A stretch of DNA of 64,000 nt from Nitrospirota bacterium. GTDB taxonomy: Bacteria > Nitrospirota > UBA9217. Shown here piece after piece: positions 29,240 to 39,859 of this stretch. Positions within the stretch are counted from its first letter, which is position 1; each line of letters starts with the position of its first letter. The translations under genes were made by a program, and so were the position numbers. Below the pieces are notes generated by a model. It saw nothing but the letters and a program-made list of their open reading frames with translations. It was not told the DNA's origin and made no database searches. The stretch is taken from contig CAWBNQ010000003.1 of NCBI GenBank assembly GCA_963790205.1, forward strand, positions 32,001-96,000, written 5' to 3'.

Positions 29240-29857
29240 GTGGGGAAAGTAACGCGCGCTCTGATCAGTGTCTCGCACAAGGAAGGCATTCTCGATTTCG
29301 CCAAAGGGATCGCGGGTCTCGGCATTGAAATCCTCTCGACCGGCGGCACGGCCAAGCTTTTGCGCGACGGCGGCGTCAAGGTCAAAGATGTATCGGAATT
29401 CACGGGCTTTCCCGAGATGCTCGACGGCAGGGTCAAGACCCTTCACCCCAAGGTCCACGGCGGCCTCCTCGGCAGGCGGAACGACCCCGAGCACGTCAGG
29501 CAGATGAAGCAGTACGGTATCGAGCCCATCGATCTTGTCGTCGTGAACCTCTATCCCTTCGAGCAGACCGTTGCCAAACCGGGATGCACGCTCGAAGAAG
29601 CAATCGAGAACATCGACATCGGCGGCCCGACCATGCTGCGTTCGGCTGCGAAGAACTACACCGATGTGGCTGTGGTGGTTTCGCCCCATGATTACGGCCG
29701 CGTGCTTGAAGAGCTCAGGAAGACCGGCGAGGTGTCCGCCAGGACCCGCTTCGAGCTCTGCCGTACCGTTTTTCATCACACCGCGCGCTACGACAGCGCG
29801 ATCTCGGCCTGGCTCGACGGCCAGGCCCCGAAGGATCGCTCAACGGCCGAGAAGTGA
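29240..29857 (+). CDS. purH: IMP cyclohydrolase (PurH N-terminal domain only)
   Basis: [50 protein letters not shown]; ends at 205 aa. Confidence 0.9.
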   Translation: MGKVTRALISVSHKEGILDFAKGIAGLGIEILSTGGTAKLLRDGGVKVKDVSEFTGFPEMLDGRVKTLHPKVHGGLLGRRNDPEHVRQMKQYGIEPIDLVVVNLYPFEQTVAKPGCTLEEAIENIDIGGPTMLRSAAKNYTDVAVVVSPHDYGRVLEELRKTGEVSARTRFELCRTVFHHTARYDSAISAWLDGQAPKDRSTAEK

Positions 29858-30062
29858 TCAAGGCGCCCGGCGAACACGGCCCGGCCGTGACCACGACCGG
29901 CGCCAGGCATTCAACAACGAAATGCAGGTCAATGCGTCCGGCACTTCAGGCGGGGAGAGGGCTCCTTCTCCTCCCCCCTCTGACCGCGCGTTTCCCCGCT
30001 CGTACACCGTGACGGCATGACCCGATCGGTTTCGCCGTGCGTCGGGACGGGACTGCAGGACA

Positions 30063-30638
30063 ATGACCATGAAAAGCGTACTTGTTGCAGCATCGGTCTT
30101 CCTCGCGCTCTTCACAGGATGCCGGGACTCCGATGGTAAAAAGCCGGTTGTCGTTCCCACCGCCGCCGCGCACGCGCCGAAGTCCGAAACCCTTACTCCT
30201 TATTACTACGGGTTGATCGAAGAGTACCGGACGATCCTGGCGGAAGATCCAAACAATCTTGCGGCAGTCATGGCCCTGGGCAATGCGTACTTCGACAGCG
30301 GCCAATGGCATGAAGCGGTCCGGCTGTACGAGCGGGCGCTCGCGCTAAACCCCCGGAGCGCGGACGTGCTCACGGACATGGGGACCGCTTACCGGAACAT
30401 GGGCAGGCCCGACCGTGCGCTTGTCGAGTACCGTCGCGCCCTTGCGCTCGATCCCGGGCACGTGGAGGCCCGCTACAACCTCGGGGTCGTCTATGCCTAT
30501 GATGTCAAGGACTATACGCGGGCCATCAACGTATGGGAGCAGCTCCTCCGGCTCGCGCCGAACCATCCCCGTGCCGACATGATACGGATGGCCATCGCCG
30601 CGCTCAAAAAGAAGGCGCGAAAGAAGGACGACCAATGA
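30063..30638 (+). CDS. TPR lipoprotein
   Basis: Lipobox FTGC; LGNAYFD, MGTAY, YNLGVV repeats. Confidence 0.85.
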   Translation: MTMKSVLVAASVFLALFTGCRDSDGKKPVVVPTAAAHAPKSETLTPYYYGLIEEYRTILAEDPNNLAAVMALGNAYFDSGQWHEAVRLYERALALNPRSADVLTDMGTAYRNMGRPDRALVEYRRALALDPGHVEARYNLGVVYAYDVKDYTRAINVWEQLLRLAPNHPRADMIRMAIAALKKKARKKDDQ

Positions 30639-30895
30639 TTCGGAATCTCCTGGTTTTCATCGTCATCATCTTCGTTTATTATTCCCTCAAGACGGTGCTC
30701 CGCTCGGCGTTCAAGGCCTACCATGAGGAGCCCGACGCCCCGGCGCGGCTCAAAGGCGAGGAGATGGTGCTGGACCCGGAGTGCCGCACCTATGTGATCA
30801 AGGGCCGCGCCTTGACGCGGCGTATCCAGGGCAAGCTCCATTCTTTTTGCAGCGAGGCCTGCGCGCAGCGGTACGAAGAGAAGCATCGCGGCTGA
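30635..30895 (+). CDS. YHS/TRASH-domain membrane protein
   Basis: N-terminal TM helix; MVLDPECRTY...FCSEAC; ATGA overlap. Confidence 0.8.
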   Translation: MIRNLLVFIVIIFVYYSLKTVLRSAFKAYHEEPDAPARLKGEEMVLDPECRTYVIKGRALTRRIQGKLHSFCSEACAQRYEEKHRG

Positions 30896-30909
30896 CGCGG
30901 GTGCAGGTC

Positions 30910-31542
30910 ATGGAACGGATTGTCAAGAATATTTTCTTCTTCCTCAGGCTCATTATCTCGCTTTTGCTCTTGAGCTGCCTTTCTCCGGCGCCCGAGGCCC
31001 CGGGCGGCAAACCGTCCACCTTCGCCTCCCGGATCTCATCCCTCGCCGGCCCTCTCAGGCTCGTGATCTGGAAATCCCAGTATACCCTCACCCTCTATAA
31101 AGGAGACCGGCCTGTGAGGACCTATCACGCGGTGTTCGGCAAGGGGTTTCGCGACGGCGATAAGAGGATGACGGGGGACAAGCGGACGCCCGAAGGCGAG
31201 TTCTACATCTGCACCATGAACCACAGCAAACGTTTTTACAAGTTCATGGGGCTGAGTTACCCGGGTTTGAAACACGCTGAATACGGGCTTCAGTCCCGGA
31301 TGATCTCGCCCGGCGAGTACCTGATGATCAAAAAGGCGATCGAAGAACGGCAGCCGCCGCCGTGGGACACGCGGCTCGGCGGCGCGGTGGGGATCCACGG
31401 CCGGATGCCGGACAACGCCGGTGCGTCGCATTTCTCTTCCGTGATGAATTGGACCGACGGCTGCATCGCCCTCGATAATGCCGATGTCGACGAGATCTAC
31501 AGCGTCGTTTCTCTCGGTACGCCGGTGACGATCCTGCCATGA
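30910..31542 (+). CDS. L,D-transpeptidase (YkuD family)
   Basis: GDKRTPEG.F, LSYP, GIHG...WTDGCIAL. Confidence 0.9.
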   Translation: MERIVKNIFFFLRLIISLLLLSCLSPAPEAPGGKPSTFASRISSLAGPLRLVIWKSQYTLTLYKGDRPVRTYHAVFGKGFRDGDKRMTGDKRTPEGEFYICTMNHSKRFYKFMGLSYPGLKHAEYGLQSRMISPGEYLMIKKAIEERQPPPWDTRLGGAVGIHGRMPDNAGASHFSSVMNWTDGCIALDNADVDEIYSVVSLGTPVTILP

Positions 31543-32795
31543 AATCATCAGTGCGGAGTTCGGAGCGCGGAGTGCGGAAAGAAAAATACCACGGCCCTTT
31601 GGAGCGCCATCGCGACGAGCTCTCCCGCTGCGTGAAATGCGGGTCGTGCGCCGCCGTCTGCCCTTCGTTCCTCCATGCACGCGCGGAGTCGTTCTCGGCG
31701 CGCGGCAGGATGGCCCTTCTCAAGGCCGTGCTGGACGGGCGGCTCGGCATGTCCGGTATCACCATCGACCGCCTGGAGACCTGCACAACCTGCCACGCCT
31801 GCGAGGCCTCCTGCGCGAGCGGGGTGCCTGTTACCAGGATCATCCAGGCCGCGAAGGAACAGGCATGGGAGGCGGCCGGGCCCATAAAAACGATCATCGC
31901 CGGTGTCCTGAAACACCCGGCCTTGTTCCGGGCTGTTGCATGGCTCGCGCCGCTGTCGCTCCATTATGCGGGGAAATCGTTTGAGCAGCGTGGGGCGCGT
32001 TCGGAGTTCCCCCGATACAAGCATTCGAGGGCAGGCTCCGTTCGGAGTTCAAGGAAAACCAAGGGCAGGAGACAGGGGTCAAAAGGCAGGATAATTTTTT
32101 TCCCGGGATGCGCTGTCGAGAACTTCCAGCCGGACCTTGGAAGGGCGGTGGTAGCGGTCCTGGACCGGCTCGGGTACGAGGTGATCGTGCCAGAGGGCCT
32201 GAAGTGCTGCGGCAGACCGCTGCTTTCCCTCGGCGACCGAAAAGGGGCCGAAGAGCTTGCGGCGCACAACAGCGCGCTCCTGGCCGGGTTTGAAGCGGAC
32301 GCACTGGTCACGGCATGCGCTTCATGCGGCTTGACTTTTAAAAGGGAATATCCTAAACTGCACCCTTCCGGAGTGAAGCGACCGGCCATGCTCGACATCC
32401 ATGAATTCCTCGTTGACAAGCTCGACGATATTCAGTTTACGCCGCTCAATAAAAGCATTACCGTGCACGACCCCTGTCACCTCGGACGGGGACAGGGATT
32501 ATCGAACACGGTGAGGGACCTGCTGGGCAGGGTCCCCGGGATCACGCTCCTGGAGATGCAGAATGCCGACCGCTGCTGCGGGTTCGGCGGGGTGATGCGT
32601 CTGACCCATCGGAGGCTTTCCGACGGGATCGCGGAGGAAAAGGCCAAAAACATCATTGCCACGAGCGCGCCTGTAGTCGCGACCGGGTGCCCCGGCTGCC
32701 GCATGCAGATAGCCGATGCGCTCCAACGGGCGGGATCGGACGTTAGCGTGCTGCATCCGGTGCAGATTCTGGAACTCGCAATGAGTGACGAGTGA
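31539..32795 (+). CDS. GlcF-like Fe-S oxidoreductase (2x4Fe-4S + CCG domains)
   Basis: CVKCGSC...CP, CTTCHAC...C, FPGC, CCG, HDPCHL, CCGFGG, CPGC. Confidence 0.9.
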   Translation: MKSSVRSSERGVRKEKYHGPLERHRDELSRCVKCGSCAAVCPSFLHARAESFSARGRMALLKAVLDGRLGMSGITIDRLETCTTCHACEASCASGVPVTRIIQAAKEQAWEAAGPIKTIIAGVLKHPALFRAVAWLAPLSLHYAGKSFEQRGARSEFPRYKHSRAGSVRSSRKTKGRRQGSKGRIIFFPGCAVENFQPDLGRAVVAVLDRLGYEVIVPEGLKCCGRPLLSLGDRKGAEELAAHNSALLAGFEADALVTACASCGLTFKREYPKLHPSGVKRPAMLDIHEFLVDKLDDIQFTPLNKSITVHDPCHLGRGQGLSNTVRDLLGRVPGITLLEMQNADRCCGFGGVMRLTHRRLSDGIAEEKAKNIIATSAPVVATGCPGCRMQIADALQRAGSDVSVLHPVQILELAMSDE

Positions 32796-32855
32796 AAAGT
32801 AAGAAGTAAGAAGCATGACAGTTAGCATCTGCTTATGAAAACCAGAGACAGGTAA

Positions 32856-33022
32856 ACCACAGAGGGCGCAGAGAAAACTGAGGATCAATCTCTGTGTTCT
32901 CAAGTAGTTTTGAAAAAACTCAAGATGACTAACTGAAGAGCCTAGAGAGGACGCAGAGGGGAGGGAAGAAATACTCCCGAGCTTATTAAGATCAAATGCA
33001 TTTCTCTGAGTTCTCTGTGGTG
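32856..33022. repeat. CACAGAG/CTCTGTG nonamer-type palindromic repeats
   Basis: AACCACAGAGGGCGCAGAG...TCTCTGTG; CTCTGAGTTCTCTGTGG; similar arms at 59546-59740. Confidence 0.55.
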
Positions 33023-33059
33023 GATTTTGACAATACTTTTAAGCTAAAAAGGAGAAAGC

Positions 33060-33707
33060 ATGAAATTTTTTATCGACACAGCGAACGTGAAAGAGATCCG
33101 CGAGGCGGCGAGCCTCGGGGTGGTTGACGGCGTGACCACTAACCCCTCGCTTATCGCCAAGGAGGGCAGGGACTTCAAGCAGGTGATCGCCGAGATCTGC
33201 TCCATCGTGGACGGGCCGATCAGCGCGGAGGCGGTGAGCCTCAAAGCCGATGAGATGGTTGCCGAGGGCGAGGCCCTGGCAAAGCTCCATAAGAATATTG
33301 TGGTGAAACTCCCGATGACCAGGGACGGCCTCAAGGCCACGAAGGTGCTCGCCGGGAAAGGCATCAAGGTGAACATGACCCTGGTGTTTTCGGCCTCGCA
33401 GGCCCTGCTCGCCGCCAAGGTGGGAGCCGCCTATGTGAGCCCCTTTGTGGGCAGGCTTGACGACATCAGCCACTACGGCATGGACCTTGTGAACCAGATC
33501 ATAACGATCTACGATAACTACGGCTATGACACCGAGGTGATCGTCGCCAGCGTGCGGAACCCGCTCCACGTGGTGGACGCGGCCCTTGCCGGCGCGCACA
33601 TCGCCACGATCCCCTTCAGCGTCATCGACCAGCTCGTACAGCACCCGCTCACGGACATCGGGATCGAGAAGTTTTTGGCGGACTGGAAGAAACTGGAAAA
33701 GAAATAA
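33060..33707 (+). CDS. fsa: Fructose-6-phosphate aldolase / short transaldolase
   Basis: [36 protein letters not shown]. Confidence 0.95.
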   Translation: MKFFIDTANVKEIREAASLGVVDGVTTNPSLIAKEGRDFKQVIAEICSIVDGPISAEAVSLKADEMVAEGEALAKLHKNIVVKLPMTRDGLKATKVLAGKGIKVNMTLVFSASQALLAAKVGAAYVSPFVGRLDDISHYGMDLVNQIITIYDNYGYDTEVIVASVRNPLHVVDAALAGAHIATIPFSVIDQLVQHPLTDIGIEKFLADWKKLEKK

Positions 33708-33822
33708 TCGCATTATGGAGCATAACGCAGGGTGAGGCCGGGGTTTAGGCTGGCATTACTCAACCTCAGCTTTACCCTTATGCCGGCGGGCTATTTGCGC
33801 TCGCCTGCGGAACTATTAATCC

Positions 33823-34047
33823 ATGCCTATCTACGAATATCACTGCAAAGCCTGCAACGCCGTGTTCGAGAAACTGGTCTTCGGATCGAACCCCGAGGTC
33901 GCCTGCGAGAAGTGCGGGTCGAAGAAAACCGAGAAGCTCATGTCGCGCTTCGGCATGGGCAAGTCTTCGAGCGCGCCTTCGTCGGGCTCCTCAAGCGGCT
34001 CAAGCTGCGGCGGCTGCGCGTCCTCGTCCTGCGCGGGATGCCATTAA
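33823..34047 (+). CDS. FmdB-family zinc-ribbon protein
   Basis: MPIYEYHC..C...FE...C..CGS; Cys-rich tail. Confidence 0.9.
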   Translation: MPIYEYHCKACNAVFEKLVFGSNPEVACEKCGSKKTEKLMSRFGMGKSSSAPSSGSSSGSSCGGCASSSCAGCH

Positions 34048-34076
34048 CAGGTTGTTGCAGAACACCGATTACGTCA

Positions 34077-34119
34077 TTTTGAGGAGCGCTTTCCGCATTG
34101 TGTAAAGCGCTCCTCAAAA
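34077..34119. terminator. Long hairpin (terminator or MITE remnant)
   Basis: TTTTGAGGAGCGCTTT...AAAGCGCTCCTCAAAA. Confidence 0.6.
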
Positions 34120-34204
34120 AGCATCCCTCAAAAATACCCCATCAATTTTCTTGACAAGCGGACATACTTTCCTGAATAATCATCGTAACCATCAACGAGA
34201 ATAA

Positions 34205-34544
34205 TTTCTCCCTACGACGTCGGGGCAGCGAGGAACTAAAAGCCTCGTAACAAAGTACGGCGGTGCTCTGCTATATGTTCGTTTCCGAATATGATGCGAA
34301 GTCGCGTCAACGGTTGAAGACGGTCGAACTGATCGTCGAAAGGACGGAATGGACTCCACCTTCGCCACGCTATGCTCCGGACACTTTTGTTCCTCCGCAC
34401 GTTAAAGCTACCAGCATGCCTTCGCGGGTGCAAGCCAAAGCGGCAGGGGGGAGATGGAATCCTGAGAAGCAGCTCTGGTTCGTGAAGTATGGTAAAATCG
34501 CGGGAACACCTTTGGGAAAGCATATTGGTAGAGCAAGCGTCTAA
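34205..34544 (+). pseudogene. Frameshifted small conserved protein (GQRGTK.L..KYG..L..VR / YD...RLKTVELIVE...AGGRW)
   Basis: Two frames join near 34285; no intact start found. Confidence 0.6.
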
Positions 34545-34575
34545 CTGCTCAATAATCTGGTTGTAGAATGAACAT

Positions 34576-35016
34576 ATGCCCATCATCATTGCCATGGTTC
34601 TCGGATTAGCTGTTCTTCTCATCTATGCATTTACCAACATTGACAAGCTTGTGCAGATTGAATATAAGAAGTTCAAGGAGGAATGGACCAAGGACGGTAA
34701 ACCACGAGGTTTTTTCTGGCGATCACCGGAGTGCTCCTGGTTTGCCAGTTCGATAGCTATGCAGAAATTATCATTCACATGGATTTTCAAAACACCCCAA
34801 TGGATGCGAACCGACTTTGAAGCAAATAACCATTTAAGAAGACTTCGACTATTTGTTTTGCTGTTTAATAACGGTATAGTTGTTTGGTTTATGATCGCTA
34901 TGATAATAATAAAAAATCCAACTTTGCCTGGCCACAGACATCAGAAAATAAATCCGCAGCAGATATCGTTTGGCATGAGACTGACCAAGATAAAGCAGAA
35001 CGAGCCATTTTTTTGA
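34576..35016 (+). CDS. Low-GC hypothetical membrane protein (cassette-like)
   Basis: AT-rich; W.KDGKPRGFFW; ATCCAAC (R''-like) at about 34916. Confidence 0.55.
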   Translation: MPIIIAMVLGLAVLLIYAFTNIDKLVQIEYKKFKEEWTKDGKPRGFFWRSPECSWFASSIAMQKLSFTWIFKTPQWMRTDFEANNHLRRLRLFVLLFNNGIVVWFMIAMIIIKNPTLPGHRHQKINPQQISFGMRLTKIKQNEPFF

Positions 35017-35354
35017 AACAACTGTTGACGGGAATATGATCACAAGCGTTCGTTTCCCGGTAAGCCAAGGGGTTCGATCAGATATAAAACCAGAAAAAAG
35101 CAAAAGATATTTGCATATTCGCTTACTCTCAATAAGAAAGATGGTCGCAGCTTTAGAGGCGTCTCCAGTGGCGATATCCAAGGCAATATTTGGATGGTCG
35201 GACTGGAACCGAATGGTGTTATCTTCGGGATCTCTTGGGCCACGGGTAATAAAATCCTACTGAACACGCTGCATATTGCCACTATTGATAAGACGGAAAC
35301 TTCAGAAATCGCTCCAGGGGGGTTTTTAAAAACGTATTGGACCTCAAAGAAATG

Positions 35355-35381
35355 ATACAACGCGGCTTACCCGCGTTAGCC
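35355..35381 (+). mobile_element. Collapsed attC-like site preceding mscL
   Basis: AACGCGG-CTTAC-CCGCGTT hairpin ending in GTTAGCC core. Confidence 0.45.
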
Positions 35382-35406
35382 GGACCAACAACACAGGAGG
35401 TGACAG

Positions 35407-35853
35407 ATGCTGAAAGACTTCAAAGAGTTTGCGATGCGTGGCAACGTTGTCGACATGGCAGTCGGAATCATCATTGGAGGAGCCTTCGGTACTATCGTCA
35501 AGAGTCTAGTCGACGACGTTCTCATGCCGCCCATCGGGCTTCTTCTGGGCGGTGTCGATTTCTCGAATTTGTTCTTGGTCCTGAAGGAGGGAGCAAGGCC
35601 TGGCCCCTACGCGGCGTTGGCCGATGCCAAGGCTGCGGGAGCGGTAAGCATCAACTTCGGTGTGTTCCTGAATGTTGTCATCAGTTTTCTGATTGTGGCC
35701 TTCGCGGTCTTTCTCCTGATCCGAGGCATCAGTGCTTTGCGTCGACAGGAAGAGGCCGCTACTCCGCCCAGTACCAAGGAATGTCAGTTTTGCGCGTCAT
35801 CCATCCCCATAAGGGCGAGCCGATGCCCCCATTGCACCTCTCAAGTTGGATAA
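35407..35853 (+). CDS. mscL: Large-conductance mechanosensitive channel with C-terminal zinc ribbon
   Basis: [28 protein letters not shown]...CPHC tail. Confidence 0.96.
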   Translation: MLKDFKEFAMRGNVVDMAVGIIIGGAFGTIVKSLVDDVLMPPIGLLLGGVDFSNLFLVLKEGARPGPYAALADAKAAGAVSINFGVFLNVVISFLIVAFAVFLLIRGISALRRQEEAATPPSTKECQFCASSIPIRASRCPHCTSQVG

Positions 35854-35864
35854 GTGGAAGCGCG

Positions 35865-35926
35865 GCCTAACAACGGCATTCAGCTGACGGCGCTTCGCGC
35901 CGCGGCTGATGCCGGAGGAGTTGGCA
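35865..35926 (+). mobile_element. Integron attC site
   Basis: R'' GCCTAAC; CGGCATTCAGC/GCTGATGCCG arms with one extra base; R' GTTGGCA; 62 bp. Confidence 0.78.
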
Positions 35927-36005
35927 CCGGATAAATTCTCCTTTGCCAGCCACAAGTCCGAGGCGGTCAGGCCGTTCAACGACTGAAAGGAAAAATGGAG
36001 GAAAC

Positions 36006-36506
36006 ACGAAAAAGAATCTCTTGATCTGTATCATTGTTGTGCTGTTCCTTGGCATCGGTTGCGCCAATACGTATCTCAAACCGACATCTGCCTGTCAACC
36101 GCTATCAGCTTTTGACACTCTCGTGGTCGCCCCGCTCAGCGGCGCCGCGGTTTTTATCGAAGAAGAGCGATACGGGAGCATTCCTCATGACATTGTCGTT
36201 GAGACCACCGAGGATTTAAAAGACGAGGTAGCAGAAAATAGCCGCTTGTTCAGTAAAGTAATTCAATCTCCAGATTGCCCAAAGCATGCCATAAAAATTG
36301 ACGGCAAAATTTACCGTTTAATCCACCACAGAGGTTTTCATCCCCGCGTTCGAGGGTAAAGCATTGATTGCCAAACCGGCAAAAGCCTGTATAAATTCAG
36401 CAACGATGACGAACAAGATGATGACAGCTATAAATTGCCCGGACAAATTGCAGCGAAGCCTACCGACGGCATCAAAGCAAACATGACCTGTGTGAAACTC
36501 AAATAA
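36006..36506 (+). pseudogene. Decayed lipoprotein gene
   Basis: GGAGG followed by ACG instead of ATG; lipobox GIGC; in-frame TAA at 36357; frame continues to 36506. Confidence 0.55.
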
Positions 36507-36525
36507 CAAAAGAACGACCAAGGAG

Positions 36526-36790
36526 ATGAACACCCACGGTTGCTGCGAACGCGATGCGGATTTTACACGAAGCCCTGGAAGCGCATGGCGGGATGGATTA
36601 CGGAACAGCATCGGGGCGCTCGAGATGGAACTTTCGGCCCGCAGATTCCTGTTCACGGCAAAGAGGCGGCTCGTTTTGCGCCGCGTCCGCATGCGGGCCT
36701 ATACCAGCGAGCCGAGGTTTGCGTCTTTGATTTCCCGAAGCCCGGCCAGACTGCCGAACTCATCGGGAACGAAGAGGTCCGCAAAGACGG
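36526..36790 (+). pseudogene. Multiply frameshifted gene fragment
   Basis: Protein-like pieces in three frames: LHEALEAHGG / ELSARRFLFTAK / FDFPKPGQ. Confidence 0.4.
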
Positions 36791-36926
36791 CAAAAAGACT
36801 TTTTTAACGGCCTTTAATGCCTCGAAGATTGTTGAAGAAGCGCGATACCATGAAGCAAACCAATCACCCCCTGGTCATGTCGCAGACCACTCCTTCGACA
36901 CGCACTTCGATCACCCGCAGTCTTCA

Positions 36927-37958
36927 TTAAAAATCATTGATCGCGTCGATCAGGCCCCTGAGCCTGCCGAAATCGTGTCGGTTAAAGTCCATAACGAGCC
37001 TCGGCAGGTCGATGACATCGGCATCCTCCTGTTCAGCCGGGAGCGCCCCGGACGGCGCAATGTCGCCCTGGGGCAGCAGGATGTCCTGAAACGTTTCCTT
37101 CAGGACCCGAATGTTGTTCGTACTGAGCGGTGAAGTGAGCCTGAAGACGAGCTGTCCGTTCACATAGCGCATGCTGTGATACCGGCTGTAGAAGCGGTTG
37201 ATCTTCGCGACCGCCGCTTCCGCCGATTCGACGCGCTCGAAAAGAGCAAGGTCCGAGGGGCTTATCAGGTTCCGGGACAGCAGCTCGTTTTCCATGAACT
37301 CGATGAATTCCGTCCAGTACGAGCGGTCCGGGTCATCGATGAGCACCAGGGGCAGTGGATTGCGTTTGCCGGTCTGGACGAGGGTGAGCGTTTCCATGGC
37401 CTCATCGAGGGTGCCGAAGCCGCCGGGAAAGAGCGCGACCGCGTCCGCCTCCTTGAGAAAGGCCACTTTTCGGTTGAAGAAATATTTGTACGTGATGAGG
37501 CGCGGGTTCCCTTCAAGCACGGGGTTGGGGTGCTGTTCGAAGGGGAGGCGGATGTTTACGCCGAAGGAATGCTCGGGCCCGGCCCCTTCGTTCGCGGCCT
37601 GCATAATGCCGCCCCCGCCGCCGGTGATGACCATGTAGCCCGCCTGGGCGAGCTTCTGCCCGAAGAGCTTTGCCATCTCATAGCTCGGCTCGCGGGGCTG
37701 GGTCCGGGCCGACCCGAAAACCGTGACCTTCCGCTTGTTGCGGTAGGGGCCGAAGACCTTGGAGGTGAAGCGCATTTCCTTGAGCGTCGTGTTCATGAGC
37801 TTGAGGTCCGCGCTGTCGTCGTCCTCCTGGCCGGCCTTGAGGGCGGCCAGGATCATCTCGCGCACGTATTCCGGCCTGCGGATGCCGTCCGACAGCTCGA
37901 TCAGTTTGTCGATGGCCTCGTCTACGCGGCCGTTCGTCCTGGTGAAGTGAAGTTGCAT
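36927..37958 (-). CDS. LOG-family nucleotide phosphoribohydrolase
   Basis: VFGSAR, TGGGGGIMQAAN, YFFNRK, PGGFGTLDE. Confidence 0.92.
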   Translation of the reverse strand: MQLHFTRTNGRVDEAIDKLIELSDGIRRPEYVREMILAALKAGQEDDDSADLKLMNTTLKEMRFTSKVFGPYRNKRKVTVFGSARTQPREPSYEMAKLFGQKLAQAGYMVITGGGGGIMQAANEGAGPEHSFGVNIRLPFEQHPNPVLEGNPRLITYKYFFNRKVAFLKEADAVALFPGGFGTLDEAMETLTLVQTGKRNPLPLVLIDDPDRSYWTEFIEFMENELLSRNLISPSDLALFERVESAEAAVAKINRFYSRYHSMRYVNGQLVFRLTSPLSTNNIRVLKETFQDILLPQGDIAPSGALPAEQEDADVIDLPRLVMDFNRHDFGRLRGLIDAINDF

Positions 37959-38236
37959 GGATTTTGCTTGCTCCTGTCGCGCTGATTTTGACGCATGGAT
38001 ACGTATAATAAGGCATTTGCTGATTTTTGTCGAGGGAAAGAAATTCAGGGCTCTTCTCCTCCTTTTGCTTTTTCAGAGACCCCCGCATCCCGTGAGCGGC
38101 GGTGCAGAACAAAAAAGGTTTTCTTCGTATCTTGGCGCCTTCGTGGCTGGACGCGGGGTTGGGAAAGGTTGCATTTGCTCCCCCTCTCTGCTACCATTGA
38201 GCATATGTACGTATAAATCGAAAGGGAGGTACGGGT

Positions 38237-38800
38237 ATGAGAAAAAGCTTGATCAGTATATTTTTCGGCATTATCTTTGTCGCGACTGCGGTCTTGAACG
38301 CGCAGGCGCAACAGATGTGCGGTTGCATGGGCGAAAAGGGCGGGGGCATGCAAGAGGGCATGGGCATGATGCACGGCATGGGCGGCATGCCGGGCGGCGG
38401 AATGATGATGGATGGTGGCCACCCCCTGTGGAAGCATCTCATGAGCCTCGGCCTCGATGATAAGCAGCTGGATGCGCTCAAGGCGCTTCGCAGCAAGACG
38501 ATGAAGGACATGATAAAAAAGAGGGCGGACAAGCAGATCGCCGGCATCGAGCTGAAAGACCTTCTCGACAAGGACCCGGTGGACATGAAGGCCGTTGAGG
38601 CATCGGTGAAAAAGAACGAGTCGCTCAAAACGGAGATGTTCCTTGCTCATATCAGGGCGCGCGAAGAGATGAAGGCCCTGCTGACGCCCGATCAGAGGAA
38701 ACGGCTGAAGGAGATGATGGAAGCGGGCTGCGGCGCGGGCTGCGGCATGATGGGCGATGCGGAACACAAGGACATGCCGATGCACCAGCACATGCCCTAA
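38237..38800 (+). CDS. Spy/CpxP-family periplasmic protein, Met/His-rich
   Basis: Signal peptide; LGLDDKQ and LLTPDQR motifs. Confidence 0.85.
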   Translation: MRKSLISIFFGIIFVATAVLNAQAQQMCGCMGEKGGGMQEGMGMMHGMGGMPGGGMMMDGGHPLWKHLMSLGLDDKQLDALKALRSKTMKDMIKKRADKQIAGIELKDLLDKDPVDMKAVEASVKKNESLKTEMFLAHIRAREEMKALLTPDQRKRLKEMMEAGCGAGCGMMGDAEHKDMPMHQHMP

Positions 38801-38854
38801 AGAAACCAGGGATGCCCGCGCGACGGGAACGATATCCCCGGAGAGAGTGACATT

Positions 38855-38886
38855 ACCCCGCCCGCTGCCGGGAGGCGGGGTTTTTT
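38855..38886 (+). terminator. Intrinsic terminator
   Basis: CCCCGCC...GGCGGGG-T6. Confidence 0.75.
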
Positions 38887-39068
38887 AATGGTTTTTTTCG
38901 GGGTCCGGGTCTATCCCGGCCCCGGTCTTTCTCCTCTGCCATGGTATCCCCGGAATCTCCTGAAAGGAACCGTCATGATCTCTTCCGCAAATGAGCGATA
39001 TGAGATATAGCCGTATTGTTCATATGATAAAATCTATATGGTCAGTGAACACCGGATCAGGACAAAAG

Positions 39069-39770
39069 ATGTTGTTCATCGGTGTTGTTGTCATTGCCTT
39101 GTGGCTTGTCGCCGCCTTCGTCCCTGCTGGCCTGCTGCAAGCGGGTGCGCCGGACGGCTTGTTGCCCGTCCGAAAACCTGTTGCGCCCGCGTTGCCCGGA
39201 CCGGACCCCTTCACTGTTTCTTTGCCGGACAAGGGGAGTTTTCTCGTTGCCAGCCGCAGGCTCGTTGATCCCCGCTTCCAAGAGACCGTCGTCCTGCTCA
39301 TCAGCTATGGCGCTGACGGTGCGACCGGCGTCATCATCAACCAACCCACCGAGGTGCGTCTTGTTGATCTACTCCCGTCCGTGCAGGGCCTGAAGGGCCG
39401 CGCCGACGTCGTGTACTACGGCGGGCCCGTCGAGGGCAACCGGATACTGATGCTCATCCGGTCCGGAGAAAAACCGGAAGACTCACGCCGCGTGTTCGGA
39501 GACGTATACTTCAGTTCGAGCAAGAACACGCTGGAGAGCCTGCTCAATGCGCACAAGACGGCAAAGCAGCTGCGGTTGTATGCCGGGTATGCGGGGTGGA
39601 TGCCGCAGCAACTTGACGGAGAGGTGTCGCGCGGCGACTGGCTCATCGTTCACGCCGATGCGCGCTCGATCTTTGAAAAGAAGCCGTCCGAAATATGGCC
39701 CGAGCTCATTCGCCGGGGCGCAGAAATCCAGGTACGGGACGACAACAAACCGGATTTCGCGAAACGCTGA
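39069..39770 (+). CDS. YqgE/AlgH-family protein with N-terminal hydrophobic leader
   Basis: LVA...DPRF.ETVVLL, GVIINQP, GGPV, GYAGW...QL..E...GDW; start uncertain. Confidence 0.88.
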   Translation: MLFIGVVVIALWLVAAFVPAGLLQAGAPDGLLPVRKPVAPALPGPDPFTVSLPDKGSFLVASRRLVDPRFQETVVLLISYGADGATGVIINQPTEVRLVDLLPSVQGLKGRADVVYYGGPVEGNRILMLIRSGEKPEDSRRVFGDVYFSSSKNTLESLLNAHKTAKQLRLYAGYAGWMPQQLDGEVSRGDWLIVHADARSIFEKKPSEIWPELIRRGAEIQVRDDNKPDFAKR

Positions 39771-39859
39771 CCATCATTTGCATCGGCTTTCCCCTTGGAG
39801 AAAGGCTTATGATTTCCACCGTTACAAAAGAATTGAAAATGAAGGTCTTTTAATCCCTG

